From: Sandaracinaceae bacterium
Lineage (GTDB): Bacteria > Myxococcota_A > Polyangia > Polyangiales > Sandaracinaceae
Direction: 5' to 3'
DNA: 64,000 nucleotides
Assembly: GCA_044220955.1 (NCBI GenBank)
Contig: JBGAQA010000002.1
Span: 120,774 to 184,773, forward strand
The notes under the pieces: model-generated
Told to the model about the DNA's origin: nothing
The model's input: the letters and a program-made list of their open reading frames with translations, nothing else
The model's database searches: none
Program-made: the position numbers and the translations under genes
Shown here: positions 20,305-30,701 of the stretch, one piece after another
Position numbering within the stretch: the stretch's first letter is position 1
Layout of the letters: the number at the start of each line of letters is the position of its first letter

Positions 20305-21750
20305 GTGCGCGCTCCACGCCACGCGCACCCGATCGCGCTCGGTGCGCTCGTGCTCGCCTGTGGGGGCTCCCCTGCGACGCCGCCCCGCGCGCCAGCCCCG
20401 GCGACCACGCCGGCGGCCTGCGAGCACGCGCGCAGCGACGTCGTGCTCGCCCCGCTGCCGGCGTCCGTGCCAGCGGCTCTCGCGCCGACGCGCGCCGCGC
20501 TCGAGGCCGGTCAGCCGCTCGACGCCGCGAGCCTCGGCATCGAGGTGCTGGAGGATCCGAGCGCGCCGGCGGACGTGCGAGCGAGCGCGGGGTGGCTCGT
20601 CGCCCACGCGCTCTTCGCGGCGGGGCTGCACCAATCGGCGCTCGCGGTGGTGGACCAGCTCACCAACACGGGACCGGCGCGCGGGCCGCTTCCGGCGGAG
20701 CTGCAGCCGCTGGTCCTGGCCCTCTCTCGCGAGCCACACACCCGAGACACGGCGCAGCGAATGCTGGACGGCTCGCGCGCGGCGGGGGCGACGCCGACGG
20801 GACCCGCATACGCCTTGCCGCTCGCGCGGGGCGCGCTCGAGGCGGGTGACCCCGCCATCGCCGAGGCGGTGCTCGCCAGCGTCCCGCGCGCGGCGCCGGA
20901 GTGGCTCGACGCCCAGTGGACGCGCGCCGAGGCCGCGCTCTACCTGACGCAATTCGACCGCGCGGCGGCGGCGTTCGCGTCTCTGGCCGAGACGGACCCG
21001 TGCGCCCGGCGGCGCGACCTCGCGCGCCTGTCCCTCGCGCGCCTCTACTTCGGCGCGGGCACCGGCGGCGGCGACGGGCGCGGCGAGAGCATGCTGAACG
21101 CCTACACGCTCTTCGACGCGGTCGACCCCTACGGGCCCTACGCGAGCGACGCGGCGCTCGGGCGTGCGTGGGCCGCGATGTGGCTCGACGCCTTCGACGA
21201 GTCCCGGGAAGCGCTCGACCGGATCGACCACGCCTTCCGCCAGAGGACGGTGGAGGTGGACGTGCTCGAGGCGATGCTCGCGCTCCAGCGCTGCGACGCG
21301 GCGACGGGGCGCGCGGCGCTCGCGCGTGTGAGCGCGAGGGCGGCGCTGCTGGCCGAGCTCCGCGCGAGCTTGCCCGACGACGACGAGGCCCTCGCCCAGC
21401 GCGCGACGGAATGGGTCCGCGGGGACGCGACGCTCGGCGGCGCGCTCGAGACGCTCCGCCAGAGCCTGCGCGCCGACGACGTCGTCCGGGACGCGATCGA
21501 GGCCCGCGCGGCGCTCGCGCGCGAGCAGGAAGTCCTCGCAGCGGCGCCCGCTGCGTTTCGGGCGAGCCCGGCCGGCCAACGCGCCGAGCAAGATCTCTTC
21601 GTCGCGGCGAGCTTCGGCACCAGCCAGCTCGCCGAGCGGGTGCGCTCCCGGGCGAACGGAATCGTCGACGACGCCGGGGCGCAGGCCGCCCGCCTCGACG
21701 AGCTCGGCCCCGCGCTCGACGCCTGCAGCGCCGAGGCGACCACGAACTGA
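20305..21750 (+). CDS. TPR lipoprotein, GltC-like
   Basis: Lipobox VLAC; TPR helices; ALGRAWAAMW...EALDRI...VLEAMLALQRC resembles gliding protein GltC motifs. Confidence 0.6.
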   Translation: MRAPRHAHPIALGALVLACGGSPATPPRAPAPATTPAACEHARSDVVLAPLPASVPAALAPTRAALEAGQPLDAASLGIEVLEDPSAPADVRASAGWLVAHALFAAGLHQSALAVVDQLTNTGPARGPLPAELQPLVLALSREPHTRDTAQRMLDGSRAAGATPTGPAYALPLARGALEAGDPAIAEAVLASVPRAAPEWLDAQWTRAEAALYLTQFDRAAAAFASLAETDPCARRRDLARLSLARLYFGAGTGGGDGRGESMLNAYTLFDAVDPYGPYASDAALGRAWAAMWLDAFDESREALDRIDHAFRQRTVEVDVLEAMLALQRCDAATGRAALARVSARAALLAELRASLPDDDEALAQRATEWVRGDATLGGALETLRQSLRADDVVRDAIEARAALAREQEVLAAAPAAFRASPAGQRAEQDLFVAASFGTSQLAERVRSRANGIVDDAGAQAARLDELGPALDACSAEATTN

Positions 21751-21813
21751 GGGCGGAGCACGCCCCTGATCGACGCGCTTGATCGGCCCCGTCGCGCCGG
21801 CGATTCTCTCCCG

Positions 21814-22044
21814 ATGCGGCTCCTGCTCTGCCTCGTCGTCGCCCTCTGCTCGCCGTGCGTCGCCGCCGCGCAGGACCCCCAGCCCGCCCCGAGCGTCGAC
21901 TTCGCCGCTCCGCTCTACGCGCCCGACCACCCGCTGGCCGGCCACGCCGCGGCGCTCGACGGCCGCGGCTGCCGCATCGTGCTCGGGCCCAGCCTGCGCT
22001 CGAACTTCCTGCCGGAGCTGCTCCGCTCGCTCCCGCCGCGCTGA
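21814..22044 (+). CDS. Small secreted hypothetical protein
   Basis: Signal-peptide-like MRLLLCLVVALCSPCVAAA; directly precedes the FMO gene. Confidence 0.5.
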   Translation: MRLLLCLVVALCSPCVAAAQDPQPAPSVDFAAPLYAPDHPLAGHAAALDGRGCRIVLGPSLRSNFLPELLRSLPPR

Positions 22045-22046
22045 GC

Positions 22047-23357
22047 ATGCGCGCCTGCATCATCGGCGCCGGCAGCTCGGGGATCGCGGCCGCCAAGGAG
22101 CTGCGGGCGAAGAACGTCGCGTTCGACTGCTTCGAGGCGTCCGATCGCGTCGGCGGCAACTGGGTCTACAGGAACAAGAACGGCATGAGCGCCTGCTACG
22201 CAGGCCTCAACATCAACACGAGCCGGACGCGCATGGAGTACCCGGGCTTCCCGATGCCCGCGAGCTACCCGGACTTCCCCCACCACTCGCAGATCGCGGC
22301 GTACTTCGAGGCCTACGTCGATCACCACGGGATCCGCGACGCGATCCGCTTCGAGACGAAGGTCGAGCGCGTCACCAGGGAGGGAGCCCGCTTCCGCGTG
22401 AGGACGTCGCGCGGCGAGGACGTCTACGACGCCGTGCTCGTCGCCAACGGACACCACTGGGATCCGCGCTGGCCGGACCCGCCGATCCCCGGCGAGCTGA
22501 GCGGCACCGTGATGCACGCGCACGCCTACGACACGCCGGACGTCTTCAAGGACCGCCACGTGGTCGTGCTCGGGATGGGCAACAGCGCGATGGACATCGC
22601 CGTGGAGTCCTCCTACGTGGCGGCGCACACGACGCTCTGCTCGCGCCGCGGCGCGTGGATCATCCCCAAGTACATGTTCGGTCGGCCGCTCGACACGTTC
22701 GTCACCAACCCGCGCGTCCCGTTCCGCGTCCGGCGCCGCATCGCCAAGGCGCTCGTCGACCTCACGGTCGGCGACCTCGCGCGCTACGGCCTGCCGACGC
22801 CCGATCACCGGATCGACCAGGCGCACCCGACCATCAGCGGGCGCATCCTCGACCGGCTCGGACACGGCGCGATCGGGTACCGCCCGATGATCGAGCGCCT
22901 CGAGGGGGACCACGTACGCTTCGTGGACGGCTCGCGCGTGCGCTGCGACGTGCTCGTCTACTGCACGGGCTACAGGGTCACCTTCCCGTTCTTCGATCCC
23001 GGCTTCGTGTCGGCGAAGGACAACGATCTACCCCTGTTCCGCCGCGTCGTGCACCCGGACGTCCCCGGGCTCTACTTCGTCGGCCTCCTGCAGCCGCTCG
23101 GCGCGATCATGCCGCTCGCCCAGGCCCAGGGCGAGTGGATCGCCGACACCCTCCGAGGTCGCTACGTGCCGCCGTCCCGCGCGGCGATGGTGGCCGACAT
23201 GGCGCGCGAGCGCCGGCAGATGTTCGATCGCTACGTCCAATCGCCGCGGCACACCATGCAGGTGGACTTCGACGACTACCTCCTCGCGCTCGCGATCGAG
23301 CGGCGCGCGGGCGAGAAGCGGGCGCGAGCGACTACGGGAGCGCGACCGGGGGCGTGA
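22047..23357 (+). CDS. Flavin-containing monooxygenase
   Basis: IIGAGSSG, GGNW, FMO motif VMHAHAY, GMGNSAMD, CTGY. Confidence 0.92.
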   Translation: MRACIIGAGSSGIAAAKELRAKNVAFDCFEASDRVGGNWVYRNKNGMSACYAGLNINTSRTRMEYPGFPMPASYPDFPHHSQIAAYFEAYVDHHGIRDAIRFETKVERVTREGARFRVRTSRGEDVYDAVLVANGHHWDPRWPDPPIPGELSGTVMHAHAYDTPDVFKDRHVVVLGMGNSAMDIAVESSYVAAHTTLCSRRGAWIIPKYMFGRPLDTFVTNPRVPFRVRRRIAKALVDLTVGDLARYGLPTPDHRIDQAHPTISGRILDRLGHGAIGYRPMIERLEGDHVRFVDGSRVRCDVLVYCTGYRVTFPFFDPGFVSAKDNDLPLFRRVVHPDVPGLYFVGLLQPLGAIMPLAQAQGEWIADTLRGRYVPPSRAAMVADMARERRQMFDRYVQSPRHTMQVDFDDYLLALAIERRAGEKRARATTGARPGA

Positions 23358-24195
23358 ACGAGACCTGGCCGAGGTTCTCCACGTCCCAGGGCGTCCCGGT
23401 GAGCGAGAGGCGGCTGCGCAGGTCGCGCAGGCGGACGGACGCTTCGATCGCGACGGCGGGGGCCATCGAGCCGGGATCGCCCTCGGCGCGCAGCCCGAGC
23501 ACGAAGCCGACGAGCGCCGGGACGACGGCGGGCACGCACATGCGCGAGCGCGCGTCGAGCGTGCTCTGGTTCATGAAGTAGACGATCTCGTTCGCCACGT
23601 CGCTGCACGTCGGCGCCATCATGGTCATCGGGTCGGGGGGGCCGAACGTGACGCTCGTGTTCACCACGCTGGCGAGATCGGTGGCGACCTCGTCGAGCTC
23701 TTCCTCGCGGATGGTCACCACGCGCCGCTCGCCCGGCGCGAGCGAGTACGTGCGCTCCCACTGGGAGAAGTCCGGGATGATGGTGTTGTCGTCGACGGTG
23801 AACGCCGGCAGGTAGCGGTTGAACTCGTTGATCCCGTTCAGGGTCGCGGTCGTCGCGATGCGCTGCGTGTCCACGTTCGTGATGACGAGCGTGATCTCCA
23901 GCGCGTAGTCGCCACGCTGCGCCCAGGGCATGCGCTCGAAGGGCACGGGGGGCGACGACCAGAGGGCGCTCATCTCGGCGTCGGTGGGCTGCCGCACCGG
24001 GAGGAAGACGTCGGTCTCGACGGAGAAGAGCGCGGAGTCCCGGCTCATCGCGATCGGGGCCGTGTCCGCGGGCATCGCGAGCTGGACGACCGTCTGGCCG
24101 TCGGGGGTGACGTAGCTCTGCTGGAGGTTGCAGCCGACGAGCGCTGCCGCGAGCAGGGCGGCCACGAGGAGCGAGCGAGCGAGTTTCCGACCCAT
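23332..24195 (-). CDS. Hypothetical lipoprotein
   Basis: MGRKLARSLLVAALLAAALVGC lipobox. Confidence 0.75.
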   Translation of the reverse strand: MGRKLARSLLVAALLAAALVGCNLQQSYVTPDGQTVVQLAMPADTAPIAMSRDSALFSVETDVFLPVRQPTDAEMSALWSSPPVPFERMPWAQRGDYALEITLVITNVDTQRIATTATLNGINEFNRYLPAFTVDDNTIIPDFSQWERTYSLAPGERRVVTIREEELDEVATDLASVVNTSVTFGPPDPMTMMAPTCSDVANEIVYFMNQSTLDARSRMCVPAVVPALVGFVLGLRAEGDPGSMAPAVAIEASVRLRDLRSRLSLTGTPWDVENLGQVSFTPPVALP

Positions 24196-24362
24196 GGGAT
24201 CATGAATGGTAGCGACAACCGTGCCCGGCGGCGACAGGCGCGCTTCGCGGGCGATCTCGGCGCTCTCGCCCTGGTCCCTCGCCCTCGTCGGGGGCGCGCG
24301 ACCCGGGGCGCGAGGCACGAGGGCGGCTCCGGGTGCGAGGGCGTGCTACAGGGCGCGCCCTG

Positions 24363-25211
24363 ATGTCCGTCGAGTGCATCGTTCTCGACTTCGACGGGAC
24401 CTTCACGCTCGTCGATCGTGAAGCGGTCCCCTTCCTGGACGGGTTCCTCGCCGGTCTGCGTGATCTGGTGGGGGCCGAGATCGCCGCTCGCTGGGACGAC
24501 ACCGTGCGTCGCGTGAAGGCGGATCCGGACCGCTACGGCTGGGAGAACGAAGGCAAGATCGTGGCGCCGAGCCACGCCGACCCGTACATCCTCGCGACGA
24601 CCGTCGGACAGATCCTGCTCTCCGAGGCCGGGATGAAGACCCGCGGCGAGCGGACCGAGAAGCTGCAGGCGCTCTACCAGACCAACTACCCGCGCGCGCT
24701 GACCGTCTTCCGATCGGACGCCAAGGCCGTGATCGAGGCGCTGGTCCGCGGCAGCGCGCCGGTGTTCGTGGTGACCAACTCACGCACCGACCACGTCGAG
24801 GCGAAGATCGACCAGCTCGCGCCGCGCGGGCGTGCGCAGATCACCGTGCGCGGGGACGCGAGGAAGTTCGTGCTGACCGAGCCGTCCGCGCCCGACGACG
24901 CGTGGCGGCGCGTGCCCGCGCAGCGCGAGGTCGCCGGGCTCTCGCGGCCCATGCACCTGCGCCGGGGCGCGTACTACGAGCAGCTGCGGCGGATCTGGCA
25001 GGAGACGGGCACCGACGCGTCGAGCACGCTCGTCTGCGGCGACATCTTCGAGCTCGACCTCGCTCTTCCGTCGGAGCTCGGCGCCCGCGTTCACCTGGTC
25101 GCCCGGCCGGACACGCCCGAGTACGAGCGGAGGGCGGCGCGAGCCCGCGTCGGCGGCAGCGTCAGCCAGGAGCTGAGCGGACTGCTCGAGGTGCTGGAGC
25201 TGCCCGGCTGA
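24363..25211 (+). CDS. HAD-superfamily hydrolase
   Basis: Motif I DFDGT, motif II VVTNS, motif IV CGDIFELD. Confidence 0.85.
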   Translation: MSVECIVLDFDGTFTLVDREAVPFLDGFLAGLRDLVGAEIAARWDDTVRRVKADPDRYGWENEGKIVAPSHADPYILATTVGQILLSEAGMKTRGERTEKLQALYQTNYPRALTVFRSDAKAVIEALVRGSAPVFVVTNSRTDHVEAKIDQLAPRGRAQITVRGDARKFVLTEPSAPDDAWRRVPAQREVAGLSRPMHLRRGAYYEQLRRIWQETGTDASSTLVCGDIFELDLALPSELGARVHLVARPDTPEYERRAARARVGGSVSQELSGLLEVLELPG

Positions 25212-25353
25212 GGGCCGTTCGCGCCCGAAATTCCTTCCGGGCCGCCGGGCCGTGGTAAGCGGATCTGGGCATGTCTCGCGGTCGTTTTCGCAGCGTCCAC
25301 CTCGGCAGCACCGGCAAGAGCGCCGTCGCGAAGGTGAGCGGAGCCGTGCCCAC

Positions 25354-26292
25354 ATGAGCCCGCGGGGCAGCGAGATCGCCGCGAGCAAGGACACGCCGAC
25401 GTCGCGACCGGCGGCCCGGAACCGGCGCGTCGTACCGAGGCCGGGGACGGCCCCGAGCGAGCCGGCGGCGAGGCCGCGCGCGAAGCTGAGCGAGCGGCTG
25501 GGGCGGGCACGCGAACGGGCTCGCGACGCGTGGGAGCGCGCCAAGCGGCCGCTCGCGACGGCGGGCCGCGTGGCGGTGGCGTTGCTGCTCGCGCTCGGCT
25601 CGCTCGCGCTGGCGCGCGTCCTCGAGCGATGGGCCAGGAGCGCGCCGGAGCTCTCGGTCCGGACCATCGTGATCGAGGGTGACGAGCGCCTCTCGGAGCC
25701 CGAGGTGCTCGGGGCCGCGGGGCTCGCCGAGGGCGACAACGTCTTCGCGCACTCGGAGGCGGAGGTGAGAGAGGCCCTGCTCGGGCACCCCTGGATCGCC
25801 GAGGCGCGCGTCGAGCGACGCCTGCCGGGCACCTTCCGCATCACGATCCGCGAGCGCGTCGCCGCCGCGATCATCGAGCTCGAGGAGCCCTATCTGGTCT
25901 CGGACGAGGGTGCGGTGTTCAAGACGCTCGAGCCCGGCGATCCGGTGGACCTTCCCGTCATCACGGGGATCGACCGCTCGCGCTTCTTCTCGGAGCGCGC
26001 GTTCCGGACGCAGATCACGACGTCGATCGTGGGGCTCTTCGCCGAGTGGCGCGCGCTCGGCATGGAACCGCGCGAGAGCATCGGCGAGGTCCACGTCGAG
26101 GCGGACGATGCGATCACGCTCTTCGTCGGCGACGACGGTACCGAGGTCCGCCTCGGCCAGGGCCCGTACCGGGGCAAGATCGAGCGTCTGCGCCGCGTGC
26201 TGGACGAGCTGGGCACGCGCCACGCGCGCCCGCTCTACGTGTACCTCGACAACCTCCGCCGCCCCGATCGCGTCACCGTCCGCGTCCGCTGA
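25354..26292 (+). CDS. ftsQ: Cell division protein FtsQ/DivIB (POTRA)
   Basis: Basic N-tail, single TM, POTRA (HPWIAEARVERRLPG), DLPVITG, C-terminal YLDN; start uncertain. Confidence 0.82.
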   Translation: MSPRGSEIAASKDTPTSRPAARNRRVVPRPGTAPSEPAARPRAKLSERLGRARERARDAWERAKRPLATAGRVAVALLLALGSLALARVLERWARSAPELSVRTIVIEGDERLSEPEVLGAAGLAEGDNVFAHSEAEVREALLGHPWIAEARVERRLPGTFRITIRERVAAAIIELEEPYLVSDEGAVFKTLEPGDPVDLPVITGIDRSRFFSERAFRTQITTSIVGLFAEWRALGMEPRESIGEVHVEADDAITLFVGDDGTEVRLGQGPYRGKIERLRRVLDELGTRHARPLYVYLDNLRRPDRVTVRVR

Positions 26293-26340
26293 GCCGACGA
26301 TTCCGTGCCGGAAGGGTGGCCCGTCGGCTAGCGTCGGGCG

Positions 26341-28053
26341 GTGCACGCACGAAACGCCGGCGCGATCGCCTCCGGACTGCTCCTCTTGGCCTGCGAGGCT
26401 CGAGCCCCGATCGGCTCGCGCTGCGCGCGCAACGGTGACTGCGCCAGCCCGCTCGTCTGCCGCATCGATCGCTGCCGCACCGAGTGTGTCGAGAACCGCG
26501 ACTGCCCGTCCGGCGCCGACTGCTTGCTCGACGAGGCCGGCCTCGGCGCATGCTCGGTCGCCGCGGATCGCGGCTGCGGGGGAGGCGGCACGACGTGTCC
26601 GACACCGCTCACGTGCGTGAACGATCGGTGCGTGAACACGTGCGCGACGAGCGCGGACTGCCCGGACGACGGCGACTGCCGGCCGGCACCGGGCGCGGGC
26701 ATCTCGTTCTGCTTCGCGCCCGACCGAATCGACGCCGGCACCGCGGTGGACGCAGCGCTCGACGCACCGGGCCCGGACGACGCGCAGACGACCGAGGACG
26801 CGTGGCGCGCCGACGCCGGTCCCGCCTGCGTCGGGAGCGAGTGCACGCGCGCGCTCTGCGTCGGGGCGCACCACGCGTGCGCGCTGCACGCCGACGGCAC
26901 CGTCGGGTGCTGGGGCGACAACGCCTACGGACAGCTCGGCGACGGATCGTCGCGGACGAGCGCGACCGCGCACTCGACGTGCGGCAGCACCGACTGCTCC
27001 GCGACGCCCGTCACGGTGCTCGACGACGCGACGGGCACGGCGCTGCACGCCACGGCCCTGGCGTGCAGCGAGCTCTCGAGCTGCGCCCTCGTCACGGGTG
27101 GCGGCGTCGCGTGCTGGGGCGGCAACGGCGGCAACGGCCCGCTCAGCGGCGACCCAGCGATCGCCGGTCCGACGCGCGCGACACGAGCGGCGCCGCTGGG
27201 CACCGGCTTCGTCGGGCTCGTGGGTGGTCGCTACCACTACTGCGCGACGCGCGACACGAGCGCCGCCGACGGGGTCGTCTGCTGGGGCGACTCGAGCGAC
27301 GGGCAGATGGGCCTCGGCGACGTCACGGCGGGGATGCTCGGCGGGATCTTCGACGCCGGCAGCGCGTGGGCGCTCGGCGAGCTCGCGCTCGGCAGCGGCA
27401 CCACGTGCATGGTGCGGGCCGGCGAGGTGTCATGCGCGGGCGCGAACGACGCAGGCGACATCGGCCCGGGCGCGGCGCACTTCCCCGCCGACGAGACGAC
27501 GCCGGTCCGGGTTCCGCTGGGAACGCTGGGCACCAGCAGCGCGACGGACGTCATCGCTGGAAACGGGTTCGGCTGCGCGCTGCTGTCCGACCGGACCGTC
27601 TGGTGCTGGGGCTGGGCCGGGTACGCTTCGCTCGGACGGGAGCTCGCCGCGATCGACGACGACTGCGCCATCGACGCAGGCGTGTTCGGGCCTTGTCACC
27701 GGACGCCCGTGGGCATCGAGGCGCCAGGGCTCTCGTTCACGCGCCTCTTCGGTGGCGCCGGGTTCTCCACGTTCGCGTGCGCGCAGCTCGCCTCGGGGCA
27801 GATGTACTGCTGGGGCGCGCTCGAGACGGGGGACTGTCCGTTCCGGTCCGGCCGCCCCTGCTCGACCCCGACGTCCGTCGCTCCGTTCGCGGACGCCGTC
27901 TCCGTCGCGACGGGGACGACCAGCGCGTGCGCCCGCTTCGCCGACGGCCGCATCACGTGCATCGGCCGGAACGACGCAGGCCAGCTCGGGCGCGGGGGCT
28001 TCTCGCTCCCTTCCGCCATCCTGACCGACGACGTTCCCGTGGTGGGCTTCTGA
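26341..28053 (+). CDS. Cys-rich RCC1-repeat lipoprotein
   Basis: Lipobox LLAC; N-terminal Cys-rich repeats; repeated GxxHxCA...CWGxNxxGQLG. Confidence 0.85.
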   Translation: MHARNAGAIASGLLLLACEARAPIGSRCARNGDCASPLVCRIDRCRTECVENRDCPSGADCLLDEAGLGACSVAADRGCGGGGTTCPTPLTCVNDRCVNTCATSADCPDDGDCRPAPGAGISFCFAPDRIDAGTAVDAALDAPGPDDAQTTEDAWRADAGPACVGSECTRALCVGAHHACALHADGTVGCWGDNAYGQLGDGSSRTSATAHSTCGSTDCSATPVTVLDDATGTALHATALACSELSSCALVTGGGVACWGGNGGNGPLSGDPAIAGPTRATRAAPLGTGFVGLVGGRYHYCATRDTSAADGVVCWGDSSDGQMGLGDVTAGMLGGIFDAGSAWALGELALGSGTTCMVRAGEVSCAGANDAGDIGPGAAHFPADETTPVRVPLGTLGTSSATDVIAGNGFGCALLSDRTVWCWGWAGYASLGRELAAIDDDCAIDAGVFGPCHRTPVGIEAPGLSFTRLFGGAGFSTFACAQLASGQMYCWGALETGDCPFRSGRPCSTPTSVAPFADAVSVATGTTSACARFADGRITCIGRNDAGQLGRGGFSLPSAILTDDVPVVGF

Positions 28054-28117
28054 CGCGGCCCGCCAGAAACCGCGGGCGAGGCTTCTCCGATCGAGCGCGC
28101 TCCCGTACGCTGGGCGC

Positions 28118-29065
28118 GTGGCGCAGCGCACCCTGCAGACACGCGACGTCCCCGGCGCGCTCCTGGCCGGGGCGCGCTGGCTCGTGAACCCGGTCTCCGA
28201 GGGCGGCGCCAAACAGGTGCCCCGCTTCAAGCTCCTGGCGGCCGGCCCCGAGGTCCTTCGCGAGGTCGAGCGGATGCGGGTCCATCCGACCGGCAAGCGC
28301 TTGCTCGCGGACAAGCCCGATCTCGGGGCGCTGCTCTCGAGCACCGCCACGCTGAAGAGCATGCGCCCGGGGAGCCTCGGACGGACGTTCCACGACGCGA
28401 TGGAGATCCCCGGAGGTGTCCCCGGCTACCTCCTCGCGTCGCTCATCTACAAGGACGGCTTCTTCGACTCCCTCGAGGTCAGCGACGACGTTCGCTACTT
28501 CATCGAGCGGAGCCGTTGGCTCCACGACGTGTTCCACGTCGTGACCGGGTACGGCACCGACCTCTCGGGCGAGGGTCTGCTGATCTACTTCATGCTCGGC
28601 TACGAGCACGGCCTCTCCTACCGCGTGGCCTCGCTGGCCCCGTTCGGGATCGGTCCGAGGTTCTTCCTCCGCCCGAGCTGCGGGCGGAGGCGCTGGCGCG
28701 CGCTGCTCCGTGATGCGCACGCGCGCGGCCTCGCAGCTCGCCGGATCTGCTCCCCCGCCTTCGTCCCGTGGGAAGAGCTCCTCGCGCGCCCGCTCGACGA
28801 GGTGCGCCGAGAGCTCGGCATCACCCCCTTCCTCGAGGACACCGCGCGCTGGCTCGACCAGAGCTGGCTCGGGCGACAGGCCGCGGGCGGATTCGGTGCG
28901 TACGCGCGCGAGGCAGCCCGCGCCCAGCTCGTCCGGAAGGTGGTCGAGGCCGGCGTCAGCTGCCGCGAGCTGTACCGCGTGAGCGACGCCAAGCTCCAGA
29001 CGCTCATCCGCCTCGCCGCCCAGGGCTCCTCCGACGAGGCGATCCGCGCCGCCGCGGCGGCCTGA
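28118..29065 (+). CDS. Coq4-like protein
   Basis: PGSLGR, HDVFHVVTGYGTDLSGE (HDxxH-x11-E), WEELLARPLDEVRRELGI. Confidence 0.8.
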   Translation: MAQRTLQTRDVPGALLAGARWLVNPVSEGGAKQVPRFKLLAAGPEVLREVERMRVHPTGKRLLADKPDLGALLSSTATLKSMRPGSLGRTFHDAMEIPGGVPGYLLASLIYKDGFFDSLEVSDDVRYFIERSRWLHDVFHVVTGYGTDLSGEGLLIYFMLGYEHGLSYRVASLAPFGIGPRFFLRPSCGRRRWRALLRDAHARGLAARRICSPAFVPWEELLARPLDEVRRELGITPFLEDTARWLDQSWLGRQAAGGFGAYAREAARAQLVRKVVEAGVSCRELYRVSDAKLQTLIRLAAQGSSDEAIRAAAAA

Positions 29066-29110
29066 CTCGAGAGCGCGCGGTGCGCGGTGGCGCCGTGCGA
29101 TAGTGCGCCG

Positions 29111-30115
29111 ATGGAGCGAGCCAGCGCGGGCAGGGTGTGTTCGTTCTCGGCGCGCCTCCGCGACGGCTGCACCGCGTCGATCGCGTGGTGGCTCGCGCTG
29201 GCCTCGAGCGGCGCAGCGCAGTCGACGGGCGGCAGCGCGGGGGGCAGCAGCTGGGGAGGCGGCGGGTCGAGCTCGGGAGGCGGGAGTGCGTGGGGCTCCT
29301 CGTACGGCAGCTCGTACGGCAGCGGCGCGGCCGCGGACGCGTACGAGCCTCCTTTCTGGGCGCAGCTGCTGATCGCCGTCGCGTTCCTCGCGTTCCTCTT
29401 CTTCTTGTTCCGGCTGATCGCCCGGGCCTCACAGCCTCCGAACGTCGGCGTCGCGAGCGTCCGCATCGCGCTCGACGCGCGCGCACGCCGCTTCGTGCAG
29501 GCGTCGCTGGCAGACCTGGCGAAGCGCAGCGACACGGCGACGCCGCGCGGGCTCGCGGAACTGCTCGGCGCCGCCTCTCGCGCGCTCGTGGCCGCGAGGC
29601 TCGCGTGGATCTACTGTGGCGTGGAGCAGGTCGCGCCCGCGCCGCCCGCGAACGCGCGCACGGAGCACGCGAGGCTCGCCCAGGACGCCCGTGCGCGCTT
29701 CCAGAACGAGCTCGTGCGCAACGCGGACGGTGAGACGCGGACGGCCGACGCGCCCGCGCTGCTCGCGCGCGAGCACGAGGGCGAGGGTGTCGTGGTCGTC
29801 TCGCTGATCGTCGCGAGCCGAGCGAGCCTGCCCTCGGCCTCGCCCGGACGGCCGGACGAGGTGGCGTCGCTGCTCGAGGGACTCTCCCGTCTCACGGCCG
29901 CGGATCTGGCCGCGCTGGAGGTGGTCTGGTCGCCGGCCGCGGAGCAGGATCGCATGAGCACCGCCGAGCTCGAGGCGCGCTACCCCGAGCTCACGCGCCT
30001 CACCGCCGTGGGCGGGCGCGTCTTCTGCGATCACTGCCGCGGTCCCTACGCGGCCGAGCTCGCCAAGTGCCCGCACTGCGGCGCGCCCTCGGTCTCGACA
30101 CAGAAGACCGCCTGA
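29111..30115 (+). CDS. DUF1517-like membrane protein with C-terminal Zn ribbon
   Basis: Gly/Ser-rich N-terminus and TM; SDTATPRGLAELL; LAALEVVWSP...AELEARYPEL; CDHC...CPHCG. Confidence 0.75.
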   Translation: MERASAGRVCSFSARLRDGCTASIAWWLALASSGAAQSTGGSAGGSSWGGGGSSSGGGSAWGSSYGSSYGSGAAADAYEPPFWAQLLIAVAFLAFLFFLFRLIARASQPPNVGVASVRIALDARARRFVQASLADLAKRSDTATPRGLAELLGAASRALVAARLAWIYCGVEQVAPAPPANARTEHARLAQDARARFQNELVRNADGETRTADAPALLAREHEGEGVVVVSLIVASRASLPSASPGRPDEVASLLEGLSRLTAADLAALEVVWSPAAEQDRMSTAELEARYPELTRLTAVGGRVFCDHCRGPYAAELAKCPHCGAPSVSTQKTA

Positions 30116-30131
30116 CGAGCCGCGCCGGCCG

Positions 30132-30701
30132 CTACTCCAGCTCGTTCACGACGTAGATGCCGGGGGTCCGGTAGAGGTCGTTCTGGGGATCGGCGCCCGC
30201 AGCGACCTCGAACGTCGAGAGCGTCGCGTCGCCGTCGAGGTTGCCGATCGCGTCGAACGAGTAGAGCGCCTGGCCGGCCCGGTGGCCGCACGAGCTCGTC
30301 GAGCCGTTGATGCAGTACCGGTAGTACATCGGATCGGCGACGTTGAAGCTGAGCGCGACGAACGACGCGAGCGCCGGGACCGAGAAGTTCACCGTCTGCT
30401 TGGTGGCACCCGCAGCGCCGGTCACGGTGTTCGTGGTGCAGACCGGGGCGACCGTGCAGGCGCTCGCGGACGTGGTCGTCGCGCGCGTCGTCGTGCGCTG
30501 CCCCGAGTGCTCGGCCGTGTAGTACGAGGCCGCGCCCGTGAACAGGTTGGCGAGGTTGCCGCTCGCCTCCGCCGTCCTCGCGCGGCGTGTGTAGTTGATG
30601 TACGCCGGGATCGCGATCGCCGCGAGAATGCCGATGATCGCGACGACCACCATGAGCTCGATGAGCGTGAAGCCTGCCTTGCGATCCCTGCGTGCAGCCA
30701 T
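30132..30701 (-). CDS. pilA: Type IVa major pilin-like protein
   Basis: RBS gaggg; MAARRDRKAG|FTLIELMVVVAIIGILAAIAIP; C-terminal AIGNLDGD. Confidence 0.9.
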   Translation of the reverse strand: MAARRDRKAGFTLIELMVVVAIIGILAAIAIPAYINYTRRARTAEASGNLANLFTGAASYYTAEHSGQRTTTRATTTSASACTVAPVCTTNTVTGAAGATKQTVNFSVPALASFVALSFNVADPMYYRYCINGSTSSCGHRAGQALYSFDAIGNLDGDATLSTFEVAAGADPQNDLYRTPGIYVVNELE

